Shown: piece by piece, positions 1 through 9,055 of the stretch
Position numbering within the stretch: the stretch's first letter is position 1
Layout: the number at the start of each line of letters is the position of its first letter
Program-made: the position numbers and the translations under genes
The notes under the pieces: model-generated
The model's input: only the letters and a program-made list of their open reading frames with translations
The model's database searches: none
Told to the model about the DNA's origin: nothing
DNA from: an uncultured Bacteroidales bacterium
GTDB taxonomy: Bacteria > Bacteroidota > Bacteroidia > Bacteroidales > Paludibacteraceae
Reading direction: 5' to 3'
Assembly (NCBI GenBank): GCA_934667275.1
Contig: CAKULK010000005.1
Location: forward strand, 73,167-137,166
Length of the DNA stretch: 64,000 bases

Positions 1-1
1 G

Positions 2-937
2 ATGGCGGAGTCTCCTCTCCACGATATTTCCATTGACCTCGCCTCCGAGTTCCCCAAGCAATATTTTGCACACCGCATTGCCGATGTACGGAATCGTGAG
101 ATGATGGAAGAAGTTTTCGATGAATACCGCCCCGACATCGTCTTCCATGCGGCTGCATACAAGCATGTACCGCTTATGGAGGAGTTCCCTACACAAGCAG
201 TATTGGCTAACGTATTGGGAACCAAGAATGTAGCGGATATGGCGGTCAAGTACAGTGCCCAACGCTTTATCATGATTTCCACCGACAAAGCGGTCAACCC
301 GACCAATGTGATGGGAGCCTCCAAACGCATTGCCGAAATCTATGTGCAATCCCTCTATCGCAAACTTTCCACTATGCAACCCGATTGCACCAAGTTCATC
401 ACCACACGATTTGGCAATGTCTTGGGGAGCAATGGCTCTGTGGTACCGTTCTTCAAAAAGCAGATTGCCGCAGGCGGACCGGTCACGGTCACCCATCCTG
501 ACATCATTCGCTATTTTATGACTATTCCCGAAGCCAGTTGTCTGGTTCTTGAGGCAGCCACACTTGGTAACGGCGGAGAGATATTCTGTTTCGACATGGG
601 ACACCCCGTTCGCATTGCTGACTTGGCTAAAAATATGATTCGCTTGGCGGGTTTCACTCCGGGCAAAGATATTCAGATTGTCTATACGGGGTTGCGTCCT
701 GGCGAAAAACTCTACGAAGAACTGCTTAGTCAAAAGGAATTCACGATTCCCACACCCAACGAGAAAATCCTCATTGCCAAAGTTTGCGAATACAACTACG
801 ATGCTGTTTCCATTAAGATTCAGCAACTTATTGATGATGCTTTCGCAGGCAAAGTCTTCCCTACGGTCAAACTCATGAAGGAGATTGTACCTGAATTTAA
901 GAGCAAGAACTCCATTTACGAACAACTTGACAAATAA
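2..937 (+). CDS. Polysaccharide biosynthesis protein, CapD/WbpM-like NDP-sugar 4,6-dehydratase/epimerase (5'-partial, C-terminal 311 aa)
   Basis: ORF open at window start. Motifs 'NVLGTKNVADMAV', 'ISTDKAVNPTNVMGASKRIAE' and 'RFGNVLGSNGSV' are typical of CapD/FlaA1-family short-chain dehydratases. A GT4 WecA-like gene follows. Confidence 0.7.
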   Translation: MAESPLHDISIDLASEFPKQYFAHRIADVRNREMMEEVFDEYRPDIVFHAAAYKHVPLMEEFPTQAVLANVLGTKNVADMAVKYSAQRFIMISTDKAVNPTNVMGASKRIAEIYVQSLYRKLSTMQPDCTKFITTRFGNVLGSNGSVVPFFKKQIAAGGPVTVTHPDIIRYFMTIPEASCLVLEAATLGNGGEIFCFDMGHPVRIADLAKNMIRLAGFTPGKDIQIVYTGLRPGEKLYEELLSQKEFTIPTPNEKILIAKVCEYNYDAVSIKIQQLIDDAFAGKVFPTVKLMKEIVPEFKSKNSIYEQLDK

Positions 938-952
938 CTACGTTTCTTTCTA

Positions 953-2149
953 ATGTCCACGACCGCCATCATCCTCATTTGTGTTTTTCTGGCATTCACG
1001 CTCACGTGGATTGTTTATCCCGTGGCATTCCGTTTTGCCAAGAAACATCATATTGTGGATAATCCGGATGCCCGCAAACTGCAACGTTATCCCATACCGG
1101 TCTTGGGTGGTGTAGCCATTGCTGTTGGTATGACCATCCCTATTGCCATCACCACGGCATATTTTGACTGGGGTGCACTCATCTATATCTTCGTCTTTAT
1201 GGCTATTATGCTGGTTATCGGTGTATTGGATGATTTATACAACCTCTCTGCAACCCTCCGTTTCGCACTCGAATTATTCATTGTTGGAGCGTATATTTAT
1301 GTCAGCGGCTCAATGATTGATAGTTTCCATGGACTTTGGGGTATTACTACAATCCCTTTATGTATAGGTATCCCGCTCAGCATCATTGCAGGAGTAGGTA
1401 TTATCAACAGCATCAATCTCATCGATGGCGTTGATGGTTATTCATCCGGCTTTGGAATCATGGCATGCACTATCTTCAGCATTCTGTTCTTGCAAATGGG
1501 TGAATATGAGTTCGCCTGCTTCACACTCATTTGCGCAGGTAGTATCATCCCTTTCTATTGCCACAATGCGTTTGGGCAAAAAACCAAGATGTATATTGGC
1601 GATGGAGGCACCCTGATGTTAGGTACCGTGATGAGTTGCTGCATCTTCCACATATTGTCCGTCAATTCTCCGTGTTCCCAACTCGGTCAAGAAGGTTTTG
1701 GGCTGGTAGCATTTTGCCTCGCTGTCATGTGTTTGCCAATTTTCGACACAGTACGCGTCATGTGCTGGCGCTTGGCACACCGCATCTCTCCATTCACTCC
1801 GGATCGCACCCACCTCCATCATTTGTATCTTGACCTCGGTTTCTCTCACATAGGCACTGCAATGATGATTTTGCTCACCAATATCTTCATCATCCTCTGC
1901 TGGTGGTTAAGTTTTCGTTTGGGCATGAGCATCAATGGGCAGTTCTACATCGTCATCACGCTTGGTCTGCTCGCCACATTTGTGTTCTATCCGTGGATGC
2001 GAGGTTGCATTCGCCGCCGCAACGGAGTCTATCGCATAATGACACGCATTGGACACTGGTCACATTTCGAACGTAAAGGGCTGTGGCGTGCTGCGCAGCA
2101 GATTGTAGATGGCGAATGGAGGAAGAAAGAGAGAACTGCAAATAGTTAA
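953..2149 (+). CDS. Undecaprenyl-phosphate sugar-1-phosphate transferase (MraY/WecA family, glycosyltransferase family 4)
   Basis: Polytopic membrane protein of 398 aa. 'DDLYNLSA' and 'NLIDGVDG' match the MraY/WecA family signature. Lies directly downstream of the CapD-like gene. Confidence 0.75.
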   Translation: MSTTAIILICVFLAFTLTWIVYPVAFRFAKKHHIVDNPDARKLQRYPIPVLGGVAIAVGMTIPIAITTAYFDWGALIYIFVFMAIMLVIGVLDDLYNLSATLRFALELFIVGAYIYVSGSMIDSFHGLWGITTIPLCIGIPLSIIAGVGIINSINLIDGVDGYSSGFGIMACTIFSILFLQMGEYEFACFTLICAGSIIPFYCHNAFGQKTKMYIGDGGTLMLGTVMSCCIFHILSVNSPCSQLGQEGFGLVAFCLAVMCLPIFDTVRVMCWRLAHRISPFTPDRTHLHHLYLDLGFSHIGTAMMILLTNIFIILCWWLSFRLGMSINGQFYIVITLGLLATFVFYPWMRGCIRRRNGVYRIMTRIGHWSHFERKGLWRAAQQIVDGEWRKKERTANS

Positions 2150-2166
2150 TTATTACATACTGATAT

Positions 2167-3123
2167 ATGGCATTTTTTGGCTTTTTCGGCAAAGAAAAGA
2201 AAGAGACCTTAGACAAAGGGTTGGAAAAAAGTAAGGAATCTGTTCTCGGCAAGATTGGACGTGCCATTGCAGGCAAATCTACCGTGGATGATGATGTTCT
2301 CGACAACTTGGAGGAGGCTCTTATCACTTCTGATGTGGGAGTCGAAACCACGTTACGTATCATTGAACGCATTCAAGAGCGCGTGAAACGCGATAAATAC
2401 ATGGGAACGGCAGAACTCAACCGCATTCTCGTGGAAGAAGTGTCTGCGTTATTGGCAGAGAACAACACCACGCAAGCATCCGATTTTTCCGAACCCTTGC
2501 CGCACAAGCCTTATGTCATTATGGTAGTTGGGGTAAACGGCGTAGGCAAAACCACCACCATTGGCAAACTTGCCTACCAATACAAACAAGCAGGCAAAAA
2601 GGTTTATCTCGGGGCGGCTGACACTTTCCGCGCTGCCGCAGTAGAACAACTCTGCATTTGGGGAGAGCGTGTGGGTGTACCTGTTATCAAACAGCAGCAA
2701 GGCTCCGATCCTGCCAGTGTCGCCTACGACACATTGGCGAGTGCCAAAGCCAATTATGCTGATGTGGTACTCATCGACACCGCAGGACGCTTGCACAACA
2801 AAGTCAATTTGATGAACGAACTTACCAAAATCAAAAATGTCATGCAAAAGGTAGTCCCTGATGCTCCCCATGATGTGATGCTGGTTTTGGACGGCAGTAC
2901 AGGGCAGAATGCTTTCGAACAGGCCAAGCAATTCACCCGTGCAACGCAGGTTACCTCGTTGGCTATCACCAAGTTGGATGGTACTGCAAAAGGTGGCGTC
3001 GTAATTGGTATTAGCGACCAATTCAAGATTCCTGTTCGCTATATCGGTCTTGGCGAAAAGATGGAGGACCTGCAAGTTTTTAATCGTGAAGAGTTCGTCA
3101 AGTCATTATTGCAGAATATGTAA
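2167..3123 (+). CDS. ftsY: Signal recognition particle receptor FtsY
   Basis: SRP-GTPase motifs 'VVGVNGVGKTTTIGKLA', 'DTAGRLHNK' and 'TKLDGTAKGG'. Length of 318 aa fits a short-form FtsY. Confidence 0.9.
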   Translation: MAFFGFFGKEKKETLDKGLEKSKESVLGKIGRAIAGKSTVDDDVLDNLEEALITSDVGVETTLRIIERIQERVKRDKYMGTAELNRILVEEVSALLAENNTTQASDFSEPLPHKPYVIMVVGVNGVGKTTTIGKLAYQYKQAGKKVYLGAADTFRAAAVEQLCIWGERVGVPVIKQQQGSDPASVAYDTLASAKANYADVVLIDTAGRLHNKVNLMNELTKIKNVMQKVVPDAPHDVMLVLDGSTGQNAFEQAKQFTRATQVTSLAITKLDGTAKGGVVIGISDQFKIPVRYIGLGEKMEDLQVFNREEFVKSLLQNM

Positions 3124-3184
3124 GCACCGATGATGTTGGCATATGAAATCAGAATCTATTTGTATAATATGGTAATATAAGAAT

Positions 3185-4768
3185 ATGGAATTATCTGAAC
3201 AAGAACAAGTACGCAGACAGAGTCTGCAGACGATGCGCGATATGGGGATTAACCCATATCCGGCTGATGAATATGTAGTTACGGGATATTCAAAGGACAT
3301 CAAAGAGGGTTTCAAAGACGATGACACCACGGCAGAATGGTACACGGGCAAAGAGGTGCGCATCGCGGGACGACTGATGTCGAAACGAATCATGGGCAAG
3401 GCATCGTTTATCGAACTGCAAGACTCGAAAGGGCGTATACAGGTATATGTAAGCCGTGATGATATCCAGGCGCCTGTACCCGAAGGCGAAACGGCTACTA
3501 CCGTGGAGCAGCAGATGTACAACGTGGTATTCAAGAAACTGCTTGACATAGGTGATTTTATCGGTATCGAGGGCTTTGTTTTCCGTACGCAGATGGGCGA
3601 GATTTCGGTGCACGCCAAGAAACTGACCGTGCTGGCGAAGAGTCTGCGCCCGTTGCCGATCGTAAAATACAAAGACGGCGTGGCTTACGACGGGTTCAAC
3701 GACCCCGAGCAGCGTTACCGCCAGCGTTATGTGGACTTGATAGTGAATGACGGCGTGAAGGATGTGTTCCTGAAGCGCGCTACTATCATCCGCACCATGC
3801 GCCGCGTGTTCGACGAGGCGGGTTATACTGAGGTGGAAACACCTATCCTGCAGCAGATTGCGGGCGGCGCATCGGCGCGTCCGTTTATCACGCACCACAA
3901 TGCGCTGGATGTGGATATGTACCTGCGTATTGCCACCGAGTTGTACCTGAAGCGGCTGATTGTCGGCGGTTTCGAGGGTGTGTACGAGATCGGGCGCAAC
4001 TTCCGCAACGAGGGTATGGACCGTAGCCACAACCCCGAGTTTACCTGTATGGAGTTGTACGTACAATACAAGGACTACAACTGGATGATGTCGTTTACGG
4101 AGCACCTCTTGGAGACCATTGCGATTGCCGTGAACGGTACGACAAAAGTGCAGATTGGCGACCACGAAGTGGATTTCAAGGCACCATATCGCCGCTTGCC
4201 GATTTTGGATGCTATCCATGAAAAAACGGGGCTTGACCTCTCCACGATGAGCGAAGACGAGATTCGCGAGGTGGCAAAGAAATACGGTGTGGAGGACACC
4301 GAACACATGGGCAAAGGCAAACTGATTGACGAGATATTCGGCGAGACCTGCGAGGGTTCGTTTATCCAGCCTACCTTTATCACCGACTACCCTGTGGAGA
4401 TGTCGCCGCTGACGAAGATGCACCGCTCGAAGCCCGGTCTGACGGAGCGTTTCGAGTTGATGGTGAACGGCAAGGAGTTGGCAAATGCGTACAGCGAGTT
4501 GAATGACCCGATTGACCAATACAACCGCTTTGTGGAGCAGATGAAACTGGCGGACAAAGGCGACGACGAAGCGATGGTGATTGACCACGACTTTATGCGT
4601 GCGCTCGAATACGGTATGCCGCCCACCTCGGGTATCGGTATCGGTATCGACCGCCTGGCTATTCTGATGACCGGTCAACCGACCATCCAAGAGGTACTTC
4701 TTTTCCCGACGATGAAACCGGAAGTGAGTGCCCAATCGCCCGCAAAAACGGTAGAGCAGGAGTCCTAA
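3185..4768 (+). CDS. lysS: Lysine--tRNA ligase (class II)
   Basis: N-terminal OB fold. Class II motifs 'RYRQRYVDLI', 'FRNEGMDRSHNPEFTCMELY' and 'GIGIGIDRLAILMT'. Confidence 0.95.
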   Translation: MELSEQEQVRRQSLQTMRDMGINPYPADEYVVTGYSKDIKEGFKDDDTTAEWYTGKEVRIAGRLMSKRIMGKASFIELQDSKGRIQVYVSRDDIQAPVPEGETATTVEQQMYNVVFKKLLDIGDFIGIEGFVFRTQMGEISVHAKKLTVLAKSLRPLPIVKYKDGVAYDGFNDPEQRYRQRYVDLIVNDGVKDVFLKRATIIRTMRRVFDEAGYTEVETPILQQIAGGASARPFITHHNALDVDMYLRIATELYLKRLIVGGFEGVYEIGRNFRNEGMDRSHNPEFTCMELYVQYKDYNWMMSFTEHLLETIAIAVNGTTKVQIGDHEVDFKAPYRRLPILDAIHEKTGLDLSTMSEDEIREVAKKYGVEDTEHMGKGKLIDEIFGETCEGSFIQPTFITDYPVEMSPLTKMHRSKPGLTERFELMVNGKELANAYSELNDPIDQYNRFVEQMKLADKGDDEAMVIDHDFMRALEYGMPPTSGIGIGIDRLAILMTGQPTIQEVLLFPTMKPEVSAQSPAKTVEQES

Positions 4769-4802
4769 TTAAGTTTGTATATTGATTTTTAAGGTATAAG
4801 AT

Positions 4803-6131
4803 ATGAAAGATATTCAATTTTCCTACGCCAAAGCCGTGAGTGCCGAGGCGGTAAATGCCTACAAGGAGCAAGTAGCCGCTTGCCAGGAGATGCTCGTTAA
4901 GGGTACCGGCAAAGGCAACGATTTCTTAGGTTGGATGAACCTCCCCGAGGACATCAAACCGCAGTTGGAGGATATTCAGGCTACAGCCGAACTGCTCCGC
5001 AAAGAGTGCGAGGTGATTGTCTGCATCGGTATTGGCGGTTCGTATCTCGGTGCGAAAGCCGTGATTGACGCGCTGTCGTCTTCGTTCGCATACCTCGAGG
5101 GCAACAAACCCGCTATTGTCTATGCCGGTCAGAATATCGGCGAGGACTATCTGTATGAGTTGCAGAACCTGCTGAAAGATAAGCGTTTCGGTATTATCTG
5201 TATCTCCAAATCGGGTACGACGACCGAGCCCGCTTTGGCTTTCCGCCTGCTCAAGACCCAACTCGAGAAGCAACAGGGCGTAGAGGCTGCGCAGAAACTG
5301 ATTGTCTGCATTACGGACGCCAAGAAAGGCGCGCTCCGCACGCTGGCAACCCAAGAGGGTTACAAGACTTTCGTGATTGAGGACAATATCGGCGGACGTT
5401 TCTCGGTGCTTTCGCCCGTAGGTCTACTGCCTATCGCTTGTGCCGGTTTCGACATCAAAGCGCTCATCGACGGTGCAGCCCGTATGGCTGAGGTGTGCGG
5501 TATCAACACGCCGTTTGAACAGAACCCCGCTGCGCAATATGCGGCTGCCCGCAACAGCATCTACTCGGAGCAGGGCAAGAAGATAGAGTTGCTCGTCAAT
5601 TTCCACCCGAAATTGCACTATGTGAGCGAGTGGTGGAAACAACTCTACGGAGAGTCGGAGGGCAAAGACCACAAGGGTATCTTCCCTGCAAGCGTGGACT
5701 TCACGACCGACCTGCACTCGATGGGACAATATATCCAGGACGGTGAGCGCCACCTCTTCGAGACCGTTATTTCGGTAGAGCAACCCAACCACAAAGTGGA
5801 GTTCCCGTTTGACGAGGCTAACCTCGATGGGCTGAATTTCCTTGCCGGCAAGCGCGTGGACGAGGTGAATAAGATGGCGGAACTCGGAACAATGCTTGCG
5901 CACGTGGACGGCGGTGTGCCTAATATGAAGATTACGATGCCGTTGCTCAACGAGTACTACCTCGGCGAATTGATTTATTTCTTCGAGCGTGCGTGCGGTA
6001 TCTCGGGTTATATCCTCGGTGTCAATCCGTTCAACCAACCTGGTGTGGAGGCATACAAGAAGAATATGTTTGCCCTCCTCGACAAACCCGGCTACGAGGC
6101 AGAGTCGAAAGCCATCAAGGCAAGATTGTAA
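4803..6131 (+). CDS. pgi: Glucose-6-phosphate isomerase
   Basis: 442-aa protein. '[13 protein letters not shown]' and '[10 protein letters not shown]' are SIS-domain PGI signatures. Confidence 0.9.
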   Translation: MKDIQFSYAKAVSAEAVNAYKEQVAACQEMLVKGTGKGNDFLGWMNLPEDIKPQLEDIQATAELLRKECEVIVCIGIGGSYLGAKAVIDALSSSFAYLEGNKPAIVYAGQNIGEDYLYELQNLLKDKRFGIICISKSGTTTEPALAFRLLKTQLEKQQGVEAAQKLIVCITDAKKGALRTLATQEGYKTFVIEDNIGGRFSVLSPVGLLPIACAGFDIKALIDGAARMAEVCGINTPFEQNPAAQYAAARNSIYSEQGKKIELLVNFHPKLHYVSEWWKQLYGESEGKDHKGIFPASVDFTTDLHSMGQYIQDGERHLFETVISVEQPNHKVEFPFDEANLDGLNFLAGKRVDEVNKMAELGTMLAHVDGGVPNMKITMPLLNEYYLGELIYFFERACGISGYILGVNPFNQPGVEAYKKNMFALLDKPGYEAESKAIKARL

Positions 6132-6152
6132 TTATCTGCATACATACACACA

Positions 6153-6175
6153 AATAGCGGCACTCAATGCCGCTA
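6153..6175. terminator. Bidirectional rho-independent terminator hairpin between convergent pgi and toxin gene
   Basis: Perfect 8-bp stem 'TAGCGGCA ctcaa TGCCGCTA' followed by a T-rich tract 'ttcttgtatatat'. Confidence 0.6.
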
Positions 6176-6202
6176 TTCTTGTATATATAAGTCCTTGCAA
6201 AA

Positions 6203-6481
6203 TTATCCGAATAGGTCGGAATGAGTACCTGTCTCAAGAAATATCAATATCAATTCTTCATCGTGTTGTTCCCACACCAACAACCAATCGGGTTCTATAT
6301 GACATTCCCATTCTCCAGCACGTTTACCAACCAACTTGTGTGGATGATATGATTGGGGTAATGTGCCTTCACTTGCCAATATCTCAATGGTTTGACGCAG
6401 TTTGGACATATCATACCCACGTTTTACCAGTAGTTTGTACCTTTTGCGAAAGGCATTGGTATATACAACAGAGTATGCCAT
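6203..6481 (-). CDS. Type II toxin-antitoxin system toxin, YafQ/RelE family mRNA interferase
   Basis: 92 aa. 'YHPHKLVGKRAGEWECHIEPDWLLVWEQHDEELILIFLETGTHSDLF' is the characteristic YafQ/RelE C-terminal region. Separated by 1 bp from the upstream small gene. Confidence 0.8.
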   Translation of the reverse strand: MAYSVVYTNAFRKRYKLLVKRGYDMSKLRQTIEILASEGTLPQSYHPHKLVGKRAGEWECHIEPDWLLVWEQHDEELILIFLETGTHSDLFG

Positions 6482-6482
6482 A

Positions 6483-6743
6483 TCAATTCTCCAAACTCTT
6501 AAACATTTCGTCCACCGAAGTGAAAACAGGGCTTATTCTTCCATGTTCTAAATCCTCTATGGCCAACTCTAACCCTGTCTTTTTCTTCTTTAGGGCAGAA
6601 GGCTTGACTTTACCATAAGTCGCACTCACAGCAGCCTGTGGTGCTTTCACAATAGTAACCCCCTCAATGCTACTAAGCACCCTTTTTAGACTCGGCAATA
6701 TATTCTTATTCTCCACGTTCAATAGAATCTGTTCCATATTCAA
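6483..6743 (-). CDS. Putative type II antitoxin (DinJ/RelB-like partner of the YafQ toxin)
   Basis: 86-aa ORF immediately upstream of the toxin on the same strand with a 1-bp gap, the classic antitoxin-toxin arrangement. No strong family motif recognised. Confidence 0.55.
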   Translation of the reverse strand: MNMEQILLNVENKNILPSLKRVLSSIEGVTIVKAPQAAVSATYGKVKPSALKKKKTGLELAIEDLEHGRISPVFTSVDEMFKSLEN

Positions 6744-6797
6744 TTCTCCTTTCTTGCGGCAAAGTTACTTATTTTCTGTGACATACACAAATATTAC

Positions 6798-7892
6798 TTA
6801 TATTTCGTCATCATAAAGGTGCTCAGTTCTTGCAACATAGTAACTAACGCCAACATAGTACATAATGTCTCCGCCTTTACTAAGTGATTTTTGGAATGAA
6901 ATAAAAATGGGAGGATAATCATATCCGTCAATATATGCGCCGCATAAGCAGTATTTTTCTTCGTCTTTATCTGTAGTCATTTTGAGATTAGAATACTTTC
7001 TCTCATATTGACTTTTGATATTCTCGAAAGCCATTAGTGCTTCTTCTTTTCGCCATGAGAAAAATGGCTTTTGTAAATCAACGGAAACTAATTTTCCTTT
7101 TGCAAAATAGAATGTAGCATAGTCATATGTAATGCCACCAATTGTTGTTTTGTAATAACGTAATGTATGTGAATCAGAATCTAAAAGTCTATCACTTTTG
7201 AGTTCTATGGTTCTACGCACAGTTTCTCTATCATCGCCAAACTTAACGCCGGCAACCCCATATACCTTGTTCTTTTCGCAATAGTTTGGCAAATTATTAA
7301 ACTCCTCCTCTAATTGTCTCATCCCTAAAATAATGAGTTTATAATAGGCATCCCCATTTGCATATAAACAGCCAAATGTACTATCTGACAAGAACGTCAC
7401 GACCATAGTATGCTCATCATGTCGAGACCATATTTTATTACCATAAAATGCAGGAATATCTATCATTTGCTTAAATAATAATGTGCTATCTGCTACCTCT
7501 AAATGTCCATATCTCTTATCAAGATTTGCCTGCACTCTTTCTGCATACTTAAAGCAATTTTCGTTGCAATTTTCTCGCATAGTTATAGCAAAAAGAGTAT
7601 CATTCCAAAAACTAACATTAATAGAATGAAACTCCTGCTCCTCATAGTTATAGTTTCCTTCATATTCACAGATGGAAAATTGTATTCCAAAAGAACTATT
7701 TTCACCAACAATAGTACTATCTAACCTGTAAAGTAAGTTAAGTCCCTGCGAAATCATTGCCGCTTGTACTTCTTCACTTGTAGATTTGCCAAGGGTACAT
7801 CCGAAAAATGTGTTTTGAACACTCGTTTCTGCCAACATGGATAATGCAGAAACCATTGCCATAGCAAAAAGATAAAATCGTTTCATATTCAT
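6798..7892 (-). CDS. Hypothetical secreted protein (signal peptide; AT-rich codon usage)
   Basis: 364-aa ORF with N-terminal 'MNMKRFYLFAMAMVSALSMLAETS' signal. No recognisable catalytic motifs. Sits in the AT-rich islet next to the TA module. Confidence 0.55.
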   Translation of the reverse strand: MNMKRFYLFAMAMVSALSMLAETSVQNTFFGCTLGKSTSEEVQAAMISQGLNLLYRLDSTIVGENSSFGIQFSICEYEGNYNYEEQEFHSINVSFWNDTLFAITMRENCNENCFKYAERVQANLDKRYGHLEVADSTLLFKQMIDIPAFYGNKIWSRHDEHTMVVTFLSDSTFGCLYANGDAYYKLIILGMRQLEEEFNNLPNYCEKNKVYGVAGVKFGDDRETVRRTIELKSDRLLDSDSHTLRYYKTTIGGITYDYATFYFAKGKLVSVDLQKPFFSWRKEEALMAFENIKSQYERKYSNLKMTTDKDEEKYCLCGAYIDGYDYPPIFISFQKSLSKGGDIMYYVGVSYYVARTEHLYDDEI

Positions 7893-8342
7893 TAGATTTT
7901 TATACTCTATGTTATTGCGAAAACTATTATACGGTACGGACAGCCCTACAGAACGGCAACAAGAAGAGTGAGATTTGAAACGCGCTTTGTGTTAGGAAAG
8001 CCCCAACAAAACACAAAAAAGCAGATGTTCTCTCATCTCTTGTCGCGTGGCTGTAGGAATTGCCAAAAATAAGAAAGACAAGTGCAACATCTGCGAATGC
8101 AGACGCTCACAACTTATCCGATCTTATTTTGCCTTTTAGAACTTCCTACATTCCGCGACAAATACCGAATAAATAGCAAACGCTATTAATTAAGGAGTGA
8201 TATGTACTGCAAACCTATGGCACACTCCTCGCTATAAAGTTTGTTTTGGTTGCAAAGATAGTGAAAATCTATGAAGTCTCCAAATTTATTTTTATCATAA
8301 TTATGGAAAAGTATAGTTTGCCTCGGGGTTCCCTGCTGTCCC

Positions 8343-8386
8343 CATCGGTACTTCATCGGAACATCATCGGTACTTCATCGGTACTT
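8343..8386. repeat. 11-bp tandem repeat, 4 copies (CATCGGTACTT, one variant CATCGGAACAT)
   Basis: Read directly in the 760-bp non-coding AT-rich tract between the hypothetical gene and rsfS. Confidence 0.8.
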
Positions 8387-8649
8387 CGTAAGGAGGATAT
8401 CGCGACCTTATCGCACCTCTATTACGTTTTTATCGCGCCCCAACTGCATATTCCAAGTTTCTATAGTTCTTATAATCCTCATGTTTTCTGCACCTTCTGG
8501 CTTTCTGCATCCCTACTTGTTTTTGTGCAAAAAAATCCCGACACTTGCACACACCGTTTTTTTTTATTAACTTTGCCGCGAGTTTGCCATATTGGCAGAT
8601 TACGAATACAACTGATATACGACCAAGAAAAAACGGCTGACAACAGCCG

Positions 8650-9024
8650 ATGACCAATAAGATGAAAGAAGTTTCGACCAAAAAACTGTTAGATACCATT
8701 GTAGAGGGTATCCAAAACCGTAAGGGACACCACATCGTGATTGTGGATTTGCGCCGCCTGAAAGACGCGCCTGTGGATTATTTCGTGATTGCGGAGGGCA
8801 ACTCGAACACCCAAGTGGTGGCGATTGCCGACGAGGTGGACGACCATGTGCGCACCACCACCCATGTGCACCCGCTGGCAACCGACGGGCGTGACAACGC
8901 CGAGTGGATTGCCATGGACTATGGCACGATATTTGTCCATATCATGCAGCGCGAGCCCCGTGCCTACTATGACATCGAGCACCTGTGGGCGGACGGCAAA
9001 GTGACAGAAATACCCGAAGAGTAA
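8650..9024 (+). CDS. rsfS: Ribosome silencing factor RsfS (Iojap)
   Basis: 124 aa. 'HIVIVDLRRLKDAPVDYFVIAEGNSNTQVVAIADEV' is the RsfS/Iojap core. Confidence 0.85.
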   Translation: MTNKMKEVSTKKLLDTIVEGIQNRKGHHIVIVDLRRLKDAPVDYFVIAEGNSNTQVVAIADEVDDHVRTTTHVHPLATDGRDNAEWIAMDYGTIFVHIMQREPRAYYDIEHLWADGKVTEIPEE

Positions 9025-9055
9025 TTCCTGACATTAACTATAGAAAACAAAAAGA

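Noticed and set aside
3290-4735. 481-aa ORF antisense to lysS
   Set aside because: Lies entirely inside the strongly supported lysS gene on the opposite strand. It has His/Arg/Val-rich composition typical of antisense frames and no motifs.
8246-8653. 135-aa ORF in the AT-rich non-coding tract before rsfS
   Set aside because: It spans the 11-bp tandem repeat and has no start context or homology-like features. More likely non-coding or decayed.
8985-9055. ORF-track ftsH start at 8985 overlapping rsfS
   Set aside because: The N-terminal '[24 protein letters not shown]' is read-through of the rsfS 3' region in another frame. '[10 protein letters not shown]' at 9056 gives a sensible FtsH N-terminus.
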